DNA of 64,000 nucleotides from positions 40,052,001 to 40,116,000 of the forward strand of contig NW_025964223.1 in assembly GCF_023055435.1 (NCBI RefSeq), given 5' to 3'. This DNA is from Haliotis rufescens. Lineage: Eukaryota. Shown here in pieces: positions 39,801-52,639 of the stretch. Each line of letters begins with the position of its first letter. Position 1 is the first letter of the stretch. Below the pieces are notes generated by a model, which did no database searches, had not been told where the DNA came from, and saw only the letters and a program-made list of their open reading frames with translations. The translations under genes and the position numbers were made by a program.

Positions 39801-41053
39801 ATTCTCATAATAACTATTGTGTCATTAATGTTGAAGCATCTTGTTTATTTTCTAGTTTTTCAGTAGCAAAAAGTGAGTGAGAATGGTTTTTGCGCCGTTT
39901 TTTTTCTCAATATTCCAGCAATATCACGGAGGGAGACAGAAATGGGAATCGAAGCCAGGTCTTCGGCTAGACGAACGAAAGCTTTAACCACGAGGCTACC
40001 CGACCGCCCCTCTAGGGTAACTACATGGTCACCGTACCTGAACTGTAAGACTATTATGGGGAGAGATCATGAGAACAAAGTGTTATTTGCTTTTGAAAAA
40101 GGCATAAAGAGTATACGGTTTTATATTATACTTCGTCTATGCATTTTAACACAAACATTTATGTCAGCCTAAATAGCAGCGATAATATGGTGCCAGAAAT
40201 TGATTCATCGTCGTTCTGATTTTCAATGGTAATTTTATTTTCGTTACTGGTGTGACATTTTGGGCAATATTTCACAGTTATTGGTCGTGGGCCCTCCTGT
40301 TAGTTCAGTAGTAATATATAGTAGCACGTGTCTGCACAATAGAGTTTTACATTATGTTCCAATTGGAGCCTTTTTGTCAACATTCCTCAAAGCATATAAA
40401 CACAAACATTTATGTCAGCCTAAATAGCAGTGATAATATGGCGTCGAGAAGTGATTTATAAAGCGTCTAATGTTCAATGGTAATGATATCTTATTTTCAT
40501 TTGTGTTGTACAATGTTTGGGCAATATGTTTCCAAGGCCATTCCTGTCAGTTCAGTTGCTAAATATAATAACAAGTGCTTGCACAACAGAATATATGTTT
40601 TTGCAACAGAATGTGGAGTCTTTCTGAGAAACAATAAAGTTGATCCTTTGGTTCATGAATCTGAGAAAAAGTTAATAAAAGATAATAATTTGAAATAAAT
40701 AGATTCTATCACAGCATAATCGTCGCAGGATTTCAACGTGTTAAAGTCCACTATCTGTGAACTAGTATCAGCTAAGTAAGTAGTATCTGGTATTATGTAT
40801 AAGGTGATCTTACATCTTCGAAGAGACGATAACTTAAGCCATTGTTATTCCACCGTCCGCCATCAGTCCGAAGGCTCCGACATTTGGGAATAAGGGACTC
40901 CTGATCCAGGCCATTGTGCTTGTTCCACCTATTACTGTCATAGCGAGCACTGCCTCCCTGTGCCAACCATTGAGAGTGGATCGTCACCGCCGTGTCGCTG
41001 TATACACCGCCTATGGACAGGCTCAAAGTGAAATAGGCCAATATCCATTCCAT
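36860..41053 (-). CDS. Secreted GH86 beta-porphyranase/beta-agarase-like glycoside hydrolase, copy 5; exons 40814-41053, 38918-39056, 36860-38337; 618 aa
   Basis: Open spliced frame with GT-AG sites; signal peptide MEWILAYFTLSLSIGGVYS; EPMNEPD, FSFHSY and PLVISEYG intact. Confidence 0.9.
39180..39268 (+). repeat. SINE/LINE 3' tail with (ACTC)n microsatellite in intron 1 of copy 5
   Basis: gatatggctgaaatactgccgatgtgacattaaa followed by about 12 ACTC units; flanked by the direct repeat caattttcgac. Confidence 0.75.
39873..40010 (-). mobile_element. SINE family A, internally deleted
   Basis: gtgagtgag...gcgccgttttt...atattccagcaatatcacgg...gaaatgggaatcgaagccagg...gctacccgaccgcccc. Confidence 0.75.
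40150..40630. repeat. Diverged tandem duplication (about 250-bp period) in intron 1 of copy 5
   Basis: acaaacatttatgtcagcctaaatagcag(c/t)gataatatgg at about 40151 and 40403. Confidence 0.75.
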
Positions 41054-41344
41054 GTTCTGTGAAATGTAAGTTAAGGCTTTCTTTAATGATGACTTGTGAC
41101 CTTGGCGAATTGCATCATCATCCAGGCTTTACATATATGGCTAAAATTATATAAGGTCTATACAAACAGTTGTTCATAGAAGCGTGTACGTTCGCAAATG
41201 AAACATAACACCAGATTACAGAGATATAATGGTTTGAAACCACTTCTCTATAATTTGTAACAGCGCGAATTTCAAGACGACATCAAGTCTCTTTATTATG
41301 TAAATATTGAGTAATTGTTACATATAATACGTAATATGTTCATA

Positions 41345-41492
41345 TGCATCGTATCCCAATTGCATGGATCGATGCTCATGATGTCAATCACTGGAATGTC
41401 TGGTCCAAACTCGATTATTTACAGACCGCACTCATATAGCTGGAATATTGCTGAGTGCGGCGTTAAAACAACAAACAAACAAACAAAACAAA
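41345..41492 (+). mobile_element. SINE family D 3' part ((AAAC)n tail); relatives at about 29985-30035 and 31135-31345
   Basis: gatgctcatgatgtcaatcactgg...tatttacagaccgc...atatagctggaatattgctgagtgcggcgttaaaacaacaaacaaac. Confidence 0.7.
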
Positions 41493-42504
41493 CATGTTCA
41501 TATGTGTCTTCAGAGTAGGATAAGGTATATTATTCACACTCTCACTCACACACTTCACCTAAGGTAGAATTGAAAGGTCTTCTAACTTCTTTACGCGGTG
41601 CATTAATACGGGTACATATGTCATGGTTCAACTTTGACACAAACGTTTACCCAGGTTCATAGCCATAAGATTATAGAAATAATTTTTTGAAAGAAATCCA
41701 TCTTTATGACAAGATAAAGGTTTTAGCGAACATAGTACGTTTTTCTTCTTTTTCTGTGATTTTTCTTACATGTACTGATACGGCGTAAACAATTCATTCA
41801 TTCATTCATTCATTCATTCAACTTCTAAATGACTTCCAAAAACCAACATAGACGTAGATTACGTGTTAATATGTTACATTGAAAAGTACATGTTTTTAAA
41901 AAAAAGATCCAACGTCTTATTTAGGAACCGCACAGACAGAAAAATCGACCATTCTAAGTATTGTTTTTTTCATAATGCCAGTTCCCTATCAATTGTCTCA
42001 TTTTGACTCACTTGGCCAGAAGAGGTCGGATTGGCATACATAAGGCAATGCGGTTGTTTATACTCACATTAAGCACGACACAAATCAACCTGGCTATCAA
42101 CACACTGCCTTCTTACTAGCTTAGGTCAACACGTACTAGCTGTGTGGCGGCCGGTATTATACAGTTTTGTTATGATATCTTCTTATCGTATGAGGTCACG
42201 ATTTTGCCAGAATTTGCCAGAATTTGCCATGTGCCATGTCCAAAACAGTTTTTGACTTGTTCTATCTCCATATATACTCCACTTAAAAAGAAACGCATAT
42301 TTAGTTTTCAAGAGATTCTTTCTGTGACATTTGGAAAGATATAAAAAACACGTGTGTGTTTGGAAGATTACAAAGTTAAACACAGAGTTCTTCAAACTTT
42401 AACTGACACGTTTCTGCACAGTCATAAAATCTACAAGCGTGAGTGTCGACCATCTCCTGCTCATTGAACCAAGAAACCTGCGGATGACAATTTGCACATT
42501 CTTC

Positions 42505-43015
42505 CCTCAAGCCATACAATCAATATGCATTTTCAATGCATTCGAGAATGCATATTAACACGGACATTTACTCCTCAGTCTAAATACTGGCATAATGTGG
42601 CGTCAAGAACTGATATATTCACCACCAATGTCAATGATAAAGAATACACCACAAATATTTCTGTTGTAACATGTTTGGCAATATTCTATCATTATTGTCC
42701 CTTCGACATTTCTGTCAGTTCAGTAGACATGCATACATGAAGTAACACGTGTCTAAAGTATTTCAAATACATTTTTCGTCACAAAGATGTGGAGACATTC
42801 TAATACTTAAAAGGTCAACAAATTCATCGAATGGTTGTATAAAGTGAATTTGATAATGTTAAATATCTCATTATTCATTGCAAAGTCCGATAATTACAAT
42901 ATCTGTTTTTCAAATACTGACTCCCTGTGCCAGCAATTGAGGGTGAATCGTCACAGTGATGTCACTGTATACACCGCCTACTGTCAGACTCAAAGTGAAA
43001 AAGACCTGTGTCCAA
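42505..43015 (-). pseudogene. Relic GH86-like gene (copy 3/4 type): 5' part of exon 1 (about 42921-43015) and intron 1
   Basis: ctccctgtgccagcaattgagggtgaatcg...gtcactgtatacaccgcctactgtcagactcaaagtgaaaaagacctgtgtcca matches copy 3 exon 1; no ATG; homologous to the relic at 6484-7211. Confidence 0.7.
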
Positions 43016-43349
43016 TCAAATGTCTTTAACAAATATCTACTGCAACTCTTACAATACGGTGACATTCATTTTGTTGACGAAAATTGTTAGTATTGACCAT
43101 AAAAAATGGCTCTTAACATTGTCATATATGGTTTTAATATCACTTAGGTCAATATGATGTATACAATTATGCATGTCCATATCAATTACATATATTGTGT
43201 TTCCACATAGCTAAGTTTTTTATCTATTCTTTAATCAGGTGACGTTGGACACAGCATATAAAATATACATAATAATTCCCATGTACACATACATATGTGT
43301 AAATGGCACTATTTTGAATAGTATATCGTCTTTTTGGTTTGGTTTAGAT

Positions 43350-43487
43350 TGTCACGGATATGGTCCTGACAAACCTAGAAACATAACCGGGATTCGAACC
43401 CACAATCATAGGTTTCTGGCGTGCTCAAGGGAAGCAAGGGACGCACAGCGAATTGCGGCGCCTCCGACTGGGCCACACGTGCCCCCT
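43350..43487 (-). mobile_element. SINE family B 5' fragment
   Basis: gacaaacctagaaac...ccgggattcgaacccacaatcataggtttctggcgtg...gggccacacgtgcccc. Confidence 0.75.
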
Positions 43488-46214
43488 TTCAAAGAAAGAA
43501 TGATATTTTGGAATTGCATTTCAACTTTTTTTTCCATTGTTGGGATTCCGGGTTAGAATAGGTCAGAAAAGAACAAGAAATCCAATTTTCTACCCCTTGA
43601 TACAACTAGACAAACAGGAAACTTTAAGTCTTTGAAAGGCATTTAGAAGTTATACACATCAGGAAGAGAATTTATGGATGTCAACTTCTTTATTATGAGG
43701 AACACAACGTTTCAGAGTATATGCTTACTCCTTCATCGGGTGAATGAATGATATGAGGCAGAGGGCATATATATGTACACGTAAGAACAACAAGAGTAAT
43801 AAGATAACAAATGGTGGGAAGTTAACAAGGGAAGCCAACAGATAACTGGCGCTGGTAGGCCATCATCGCCACCCTCACCCGATGTGACAAATCCATTTTC
43901 CGCCCTGATGCCATCAACAGTGGACTACCTCAAGAAACCCTTCACGTCCCCCAACAGTAAAAAAGCACAGTACACATCATAGGTTTCCACACGCGCATTT
44001 CTATTGGAGTATATATACACTTTGTATTATATTCAATAATTTAACCCAGTTTGATTCAGAAAATATTGTATTTTCGACTGTCTAACAGTACCAATCTTGG
44101 GAAACCACGAACTTTTTTTCTTTTTCTCGTGTACTTCGTGATAAATTGAATACAGTCTGTGAACCGATCAACGAACATATTACAGAGAACGAAGCATGTC
44201 TATGATACCCGACTACAGTTAGCAATATCTCCAAAAAAAATTGGTATGTATGGTATCAAATAATACAATGAAGTGAACATGTCTCCAAAATATCTTTTGG
44301 TCAAAGATTTGACATCAAATATGTGAGACAGGATCCAAAAGTGCTACGGGTTTCGTTAGACCATTTCCCGACTGTACTAATTCTGTAAGGCAAACCTCGA
44401 CGAGAGTCTCTTGTTTGACAAGCTTGTATGGAAAGGAAAGTGACAAAACACATTTCCATAATCATGAGAAATATCTGCTGAAAGCAGTCCATTGCCATTG
44501 TACGATTCCGACAATAGCATAAGCATATGTTTATGAATCACAACCAAACAGTGACGATACCAGGGGCTCGCGAGCTTATCCCGACCCATCGATAGCACTC
44601 GCCACAAACACATGTAAGGGGAAAACAATTGTTCATCTGAAAAAACACGGGTACATATGGTACAAGTTAAAAACGGAAATTACATCTGACATCATTTGAC
44701 TCACTGATCCCTCAAATTTGGAAATGGCGTCTACCATAAAACGTTTCGAAAACCTTTCTGAGGCCATGAATTTCATAACCTCGATCAAAACAACTTTTAA
44801 GCATGACTCGTATGACACTGTTTGAAAACGGCGTAGAAAAAGCATGCTTTATTGTACCTTAAAAGTTGTAAAATGTAGATAACGTTGGTTGGAGCTCCTG
44901 AAATATTGCTTGACATAAAGGGAAAGTTTACTATTGGAAAAGTGAAGCCATTCATCTTATCATACCATCTTGTGGAGGGGTGTTTACAACTGAACCTTTA
45001 TACCTATTTTTAAGAAGAAGCAATGAGGCGGTCTCACTGGTCTCTTTTATTACTATTTCAGTTAGGTAAATCAGTGCCAAGACTTGGCAATTGGACCGTT
45101 GTTAAAAGGCATCCACTAAAGCCAATAATCCTGGACATACATCATTCAGTCTGGCGTGAATATTACATACATACCCACGAGATGCTCCTTAAACCTTCCT
45201 ACAACATTACAACGCACTCTTATCGCAAGCTTTGTGACCTCAAGTTCTCGTATTAACCTTTATCATAGTAGTCGATTTAACTGGATAAAGCAAACCAGAT
45301 GTTGGTCACGTGTCTTGGTTATATCGTCAACCTCGACCTGTTGGTATGTCCAGGGAGTTTGCCAGGTGGTTATCTGGATCCAGTCTGTCCAATCCAATCT
45401 AGACAGGCGATTTTCTTTACAAATGCACTCTACACTACGAAAACTACACATATTAATCATTGCCTTTTGCTACTCCTTAGAAATCCTATTCCAAGATATC
45501 TCCTGAACTCAAATATTATGACTAACCCTAAATCAATTTGTCCCACGACATAGCTGCAATATTGTGGTTTAACATTTTAAATCAACTCCCTATATAATGA
45601 TTTGTTGTAAGTTTGTTCAAAACATCTTATCATAACAGTAACAAGTACTCGAAGTGGAAAATGTAATTCTGATCAAAATACCTTTCCTAAAATAGCCATA
45701 TCTGGAGACGATGTCAAGGAGAATGATAAGGAGTCATGTCAAGAAAACGGAAAAATAATGGATAGAGGCGTCAAGAGATCTAAGATCTCTTTTAAACATT
45801 TAAACAGTATTACATATATTTTCTTTAAAGATGTTATGGGCAGAAATCAGGTGATCCTTATCTAATTTCTCATGTCTTAAAGCATTCTTCGGAAACGAAA
45901 ATGCATGTTGCTCGATTGTTGTTTAAGGTTTTAGAACTTTTGAGGACAACGTGGGCTCCTTTGAACAGGCATTTATAACTGGAATAGAACGATTCTGTGG
46001 ATGTTGGTGCCCTGATTTAATAGACAAATTTGGGTGCTACGGTGAAATCAGTTTTGTTTAGGTATCGAAATTGAACGACTCAAAATTGTCAAGCAAGTCA
46101 AATCAGAGAAAAATCTGTTGACATGAACATCAATTTTATCCAGCACGGTGACATTCCAGCTTATCCAGTTACCTTGAAGTGGTAGGTGAAGATCTGGGTG
46201 GTATCCTTGAAGCG

Positions 46215-46637
46215 ATATGTATTAGCTATCCCTTTCTCTTTGTTTAGAACCTCAAGCCACCATTTACCTATTGAACTAGGTAGGTGGCACAAATCCCTGT
46301 CAATGAACGAACGTGTAAACTCTGCGACATGAGTGATGTTGGTGATGAATTCCATTATATGTTTCTTTGTCCTTTTTTTAAACACCCAAGGACATATATG
46401 TTCCAAATTCATATGCTACGTAACAATCCAAATATCTTTTAATTTAAAGAACTTATTTTTTTGAAAAAAATGAATGTCAATAAAAAAACTCTGAACATTC
46501 TATAATGTCATTATGAAAACAGTAAAATCTTCCATGTAAACCACCCCGCCATCTTATGTATATACTGTTTGCAAATTTATTCCTCATATGCCGAAGATCC
46601 CGGCCTGAGTGTAAAAAAGGTTCTGTTCTGTTCTGTT
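46215..46637 (+). mobile_element. LINE (CR1/L2-like) 3' end fragment
   Basis: FRTSSHHLPIELGRWH...CKLCDMSDVGDEFHYMFLC zinc-finger-like C-terminus; (GTTCT)n tail at about 46620-46637; interrupts the shared intergenic block. Confidence 0.75.
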
Positions 46638-46974
46638 CAGAGATATAATGTGTTCCTCATCCACCGCTATAGACAACGTAAAATCTGATCCAATGTACCA
46701 ATGTTCCATTTATTTAGGAAAGACTCGCACACACTTTACAATTGAGGATTTTGTATGGAGACACGACATTTTTTCAGCTACAGCTGCAAAGCCAGATAAT
46801 TGTTTCTTTAAAACTATCAGCCTAAATATGTCTTTAAACAAGCACCTTCCAACTTTGTATATATTATGGCAGACTATTTTTTTCAACATACTGAATCATA
46901 ATTACTTATATCGAGCATTTTCCAAGGCAGTTTTTCTTTTCGATAAAAACCCATTTGAGGAACTGTCATCATTA

Positions 46975-49950
46975 TCATGACTTCAAATCAGATGGGATAG
47001 ACTTGGCTGTAACAAGAGCAAATGAAGAAACATATCCTGCTGTCATGTCGTTAGAGAAGAGAACCTGAACCTGGTTAGCCCCAGTGACAAATAAGGATGT
47101 GGGGACTACAAACTCCCAAACCTCCCAATAGGTGGTGCTGTTAAACTTGTCGGAATCAAACAGCTTATAGTAAGAGTCAAGGCGGTGAACGTTGAAGGTT
47201 AGATATGTTACACTGTTTGTTTCATTAATCGGCCAACTGGCAGAAACTCTCAGTCTGGCACTGTAATATTGTCCATTTGGTAGATATATTACTGTTGAGG
47301 CGAATTTGTCCTTGATTGGTATAAGTGTATCAGCTCCGTAGTATGTGGTTTCGTTGAGAGTGACAGAAGGCAGTTTATTTGAAGGGGTCTTGAATGTAAA
47401 ATGACATGTTGCTTCAGCAGGAAGCTCAACAATTCCATGGGTCTGCTGAATGTCGAAGGTTTCATTGAAGGTGATGATCGGGTACCAGTCGTCATTGATG
47501 GTAACGCAAGTAGCTTCTCCAGTGGTTGGTTTGATCCAGTCGTCTTCAAAGTCTAGCTTCACGGCCTGTGACTCCTGCGAATAGCTGTGCAAGAGAATGA
47601 CCGTTTCGTTATGCTGAGAACTTGACATTGCTAACGGCGACACCGTTCGTTCCTCTCCATCATACTGGCTGGTAGTTCTGATAAAGGAGTAGTCTGACGT
47701 GAATTTGTACCAGAACTCGAAGACGTCGATAACTCTTCTGGGTTCTCCTTGGTTAGTGAAAAGAGACCAGTTGTAATATGGATTTTGTATATTGGCTAAA
47801 AGAAACACCACTGCTCTGTCAATGTATTCCCTGAGACCGAGCTGGGTAAATCGATGGGCATTGGAATGATATATTGTCGAAAAATCTACTATACCTGATT
47901 GAGCATATTTGTCAATTCCTAACACAATATCGCGGCCATATTCACTGATAACCAGGGGGACAATTTTCCTTTTCTTCAGATAGGCATAATTTTCAACCAG
48001 GTCGACAAATGCTACTAATCGTGCTTCATTCATACCAGTAAGATTGTAAGATTTCCCCGAAACAATAAGTGAGTTGTACGAATGAAAGGAAAACACGTCT
48101 AAATTGTCTAAAGTGACGTCCATGAAATTGGCCACTATTTTCCAGTACGTGAAGTTGTTTCTATCTGACGATCCAGTTTCCCCGTCGAGTGTAGGACCAG
48201 CAACTTTGATGTTAAACCTTGCATGGAGTTTCTCCGCAATTGATTTGTGGAACATGGCTACAGTCGTGAGGTTCAAGATGTTATAGTTGACTTCCGGTTC
48301 ATTCATGGGTTCAATGTAGGGTGGGATCTGTCCTTTGGTAAATTCGTAAACTCCTTGCACCATCAGCATCATGAACTCAGCAGCAGCATCGACGTTGTTG
48401 GGGAATTGACCTGCATGTTCGGACTGGTTCATCCAACTCGGGTAAAACAAACCTGTAAAAAGCATGAGAAAAAGAAATATGTACAAAACAAATTTCGTCG
48501 TAAATGAATGTAAAAGAAACGGTTTTGAATGCTAGTTATGATATGAAATGTTAACACATTGAAGCTAAGAATGTATGGACTAACTAAGGATAACATATCA
48601 TTGCAAAAGTCATGGTATCATCTCAGTTTCTTCTTCCGAAATAGCTTTATTATGTCTATTGAAAATAGTAGATGTTCCCTCCAGAAATTATTATTATGAA
48701 GAAGCATGACATGTGTACCATGTGCCTTACGACCTTCCAGTCTCGAAGTGTTTTTCAAGGCACCTCATTTTGGCAATAAATTGTACAAATGCTTGGAGTT
48801 TATTGTGTAAGTCACCCTCATCAATTACTTTATATGTACATCTAACAGGTGTTAATAGTGCATGTTTTAATATGACTTTTTGTGCAATATCCTCACTCAA
48901 GATAATAAAATCATAAATAAACAATGTATTGCCCGGAAAATAAGGTTATTATTAACTTGCTTTGAAACAAATATCAAATAAAACTGTTATGTACAACACT
49001 GTATCCTAACTAAAATGAAATGTAGAATTGCAAATTTCAAGCTTTGGGGTTAAAGTAAAATTAAGTTGGGCCTTTAATGGTTGCCGAATCTGAAGGGTTG
49101 AAAAGTCCCAGAATAATTATGCATTCTTTATTCTCAACAAGGCCAAAGAACATTGTTTGCCTAATGTCCTATTTTAATCATTGTATTTTCTATCTTTGGC
49201 TTAGTGCACAAATACCTTCTTACCTTCCGACATCATGATCATGTCGTTCTCATAACCACTGTTAATGTTAGCAAGGTATAGGGAAAACAGTTCCTTCTGT
49301 TTTGTGGCATTCTTCAGGTAGTTGGGATCTGGGTAGCCGCTTCGGTTTGGGTCCTCTGGCCACTGATCACAATAGAATTTTTATTCGATCAAGTAAACAG
49401 TTAGGAGAGGGAAATTATGTGTCTTTCGATTTGGAAGTGTAATTTGGACTATATCACCTTTGAACTAACGTATCCAACGTATCAAATTCCAATTAAGAAC
49501 ATTCAACCACTCGGCATGCAGTACATGCTCCCATACACTTTACAATCTTATGTGTTTTAGCATAAATATCACGTCAGCAAAGTAGTTAAAATTATACGAT
49601 GTCACACTGGATTAATGTTCAGTGTTTGTGAAGAGACTGCAGTTGGTTGACATATAACCCTCCGTGGATAGACACTGACTGGTTAAATGACTGGTATAAG
49701 GTGATCTTACATCTTCGAAAAGACGATAACTTAAGCCATTGTTATTCCAGCGCCCAGCGTCAGTCCGAAGGCTCCGACATTTGGGAATAAACGACTCCTG
49801 ATCAAGGCCGTTGTGCTTGTTCCACCTATTACTGTCATAGCGAGCACTGCCTCCCTGTGCCAACCATTGAGAGTGGATCGTCACCGTCGTGTCACTGTAC
49901 ACACTGCCTATGGACAGGCTCAAGGTGAAATAGGCCAGTGTCCATTCAGA
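46975..49950 (-). CDS. GH86 beta-porphyranase/beta-agarase-like gene, copy 6; exons 49711-49950, 49224-49362, 46975-48452; frame open but start codon position reads TCT (possible pseudogene)
   Basis: All splice sites and catalytic motifs (EPMNEPE, PLVISEYG) intact; 5' reads cag CAA TCT GAA TGG ACA CTG GCC TAT versus cag AAC ATG GAA TGG ATA TTG GCC TAT in copy 5; intron 1 shortened to 348 bp. Confidence 0.75.
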
Positions 49951-51189
49951 TTGCTGTAAATGTAAAGTTATGGCAAAATTAAATGATCACTGGATTGTGA
50001 CCTTGACGTCAACTTAGATACCGACTCAAAAAAAGCCGTTACATGTGCGAGATCGTTACATCTCCGTTATCCTACTCCTCCTCCTCGTCGTCATCATCTA
50101 GACTTAACATATCTGGCTACATTGATATAAGGTCAATAAGCAGCTTATAGAAACATTTGTTCAAATAATCATGTAGTTTTGCAAATAAAACATAAAAACA
50201 GACGACTGAGACATAATGATATGAAACTTTTCTATTGTTTTTAACGACGTTTCATGGCTACATCCTGTCTCTTCATCTGTTGAATATTGAGTATTTTTAA
50301 GTGAGTTATCATATACATATGCTGAAATGTTTATTCTGGAAGGGATCAAAGTACAATGATAGTATATACGCTCTCACAATGCACCTGAAGTACGCAACGA
50401 AAGATGTTACAAACATTAAATAATGTGCTGGTTCAGACCAACTTCTAAATATCTTTTTAAACCCAACGTAGAATAAGTGTAAATAATGTTACATTGTAAA
50501 GTACATGCTTCCAAAAAAAATTTCGAAAGTTATGTTAGTATCAGGAACGTGACCTGTAACGTATCATTCATTAAAAGCAACTCACGTGTATGAAAAATGA
50601 AAGAAGATTGTTCTGGTTTTGAGTCCCCATAGACGCACCAACCATCTAAGTGTTGTCTTTTCATAATCCAAATCGATAGATTATCTTATTTTGACTCACT
50701 TTGACAGGAGATGTCGGATTGTAAATCAATATGTTAATTCTTGACATGCATGCAGTTTGACATGCACTTTTCACATTCATACGGCGACACGGGTGTTTGT
50801 ACTCACATGAAGCATTACGCAAATTCACCTGGATATCAACACACCAACTTCTGACAAAGTTAGGTCAACACTCACTTGCTGTGTAGCGGCAAGTTTTATA
50901 CACTTTCATGAGATCTTCTTATCGTGTGATATCACAAATGTGTCACCTACATACCCTTGGACCAGATTGTTGTCCCAGTCACTTTTCAAATTGCTTTATC
51001 TCCAAATATGTTCCCCTTTAAAAGCGCATGTGTCGTTTTCAAGATATACTTTTTGTGACGTTTACAATGCTGCTTTTAGGACCATATGTATGTGGAAAAA
51101 GATGTGTCGACTATTGTAAATGTCTACATTAAACCTCCTGCCCATGGAACCAAGAAGCCTGCGGATGAGACCTTGTGTAATGGCAGCTC

Positions 51190-51490
51190 ATTCCACCCTC
51201 TGGCCAAAACAATCGATTTGCTTAGTAGATTAGTGGAATTGTATTCCGCTTACTGTCATTTTGCAAACATTCGTGAATGCATATTAGCATGGACATTTAC
51301 CCTCATGTTTGTCAGTGCTGAAGAATGTACCACCAAGATACTGAAATGTTAAACTTTATTACGAACATTTCAAAATTCATTATATTCTCATATTAAACAT
51401 TTGTTTTTCATTCTGTTGTTAGATGATTAGCAATAGTCAACTTGTTATTGGCCCTTCGACATTTTGGTCAGTTCAATAGACAGATATAGA
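51190..51490 (-). pseudogene. Relic of exon-2 start and intron 1 of a copy 3/4-type gene
   Basis: ccctctggcca followed by tgcttagtagattagtggaattgtattcc...gcatattagcatggacatttac, homologous to copy 3 intron 1 and to the relics at about 6484 and 42505. Confidence 0.5.
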
Positions 51491-52639
51491 TTAATTAATA
51501 AGTACCAAAAATAAATTACACCCCGTCAAGTATCGCACCACCAAGATAATTTGATGATCAGAAGAGATGGGTATGAAAAAGCAATCAAAAATGTTATTTG
51601 AAGTCAAATATAATACCCACATCACATTTAAATGATCAACAGTGTAAGTCAATATTCTGTACAAGAGTATCACTGGCTCTAACCCTACGTCCTAATTGAT
51701 TCACATAGATGCTCGATAGGATTCCTGTCTGGGCTTCGAGAAGGCCACTGTTCGCCACTATTTCCATTCATTTTTTTTAAACAATCTGTCAAAGGAATAG
51801 ATTTCTGCCTGAGGATTTTTTTATGGGGTTTGTATAAAAAATGGGCTTGGTTTTTTGGGGGGAAAAGAAAGCGAATTAATAAAGATTGGATCGAAACGAT
51901 CTATGCATTGTAGCTTGCTTCTACCTTCTTTATGTATCCATGTACCATCATTCTATCTAAGTTATATCTATGTCGCGCACAGACCTATACCCAAATGTCA
52001 TACAGACACCCTGAAACATCTGCAATGAATATATATCAAGAAACACCATAATCAGAAAAGGAAATACACACTAATATATATTAAACGATTGCTTGGAAGT
52101 TTTTTACATGAGTTTAGTGAAAAGAAAATCATTGACTACATTGGACAATTAACTGGTTATCAGTTGTGTCACCAGGTCGTGAAACTACCCTGGACATGGT
52201 CTACTGACCGCACTGCTTCCCTGCTTTTTTCCGACACCACTCGGCAAAATCCGGCGATCGTCGCTGTACAGTGTCATTGCATGCTGTGTTAGAAAATTAC
52301 TCGACTATTTCATTCTCCAGTGATTTAATGGCACACTCTTACAATGCTTTGACTTGATGTATGTTATCTCATATATGTTTGCTACCTCATTCATGTATTA
52401 AAATGTGTTCGTGACTACAAGTTTACTGTACGTTCAGATATTTCTGATAAATTTATTATCGCTTTTTACACGTGTGTAAACTTGTATATTAGGGTAAAAA
52501 GTCTGAAAATGATACTGGAAAAGATGCAGATGTTCATTATGATAGAGGCAAGATAACGTTTGTTAAACATATCGTTTTCTTTATTCATGAGTATTTCACA
52601 ATAGCAACTTTTCACAATAAAAAGAACCTATATACTGAT

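Noticed and set aside
52190-52290. Possible additional exon-1 relic (cgcactgcttccctg)
   Set aside because: Similarity is too short to distinguish from chance by eye.
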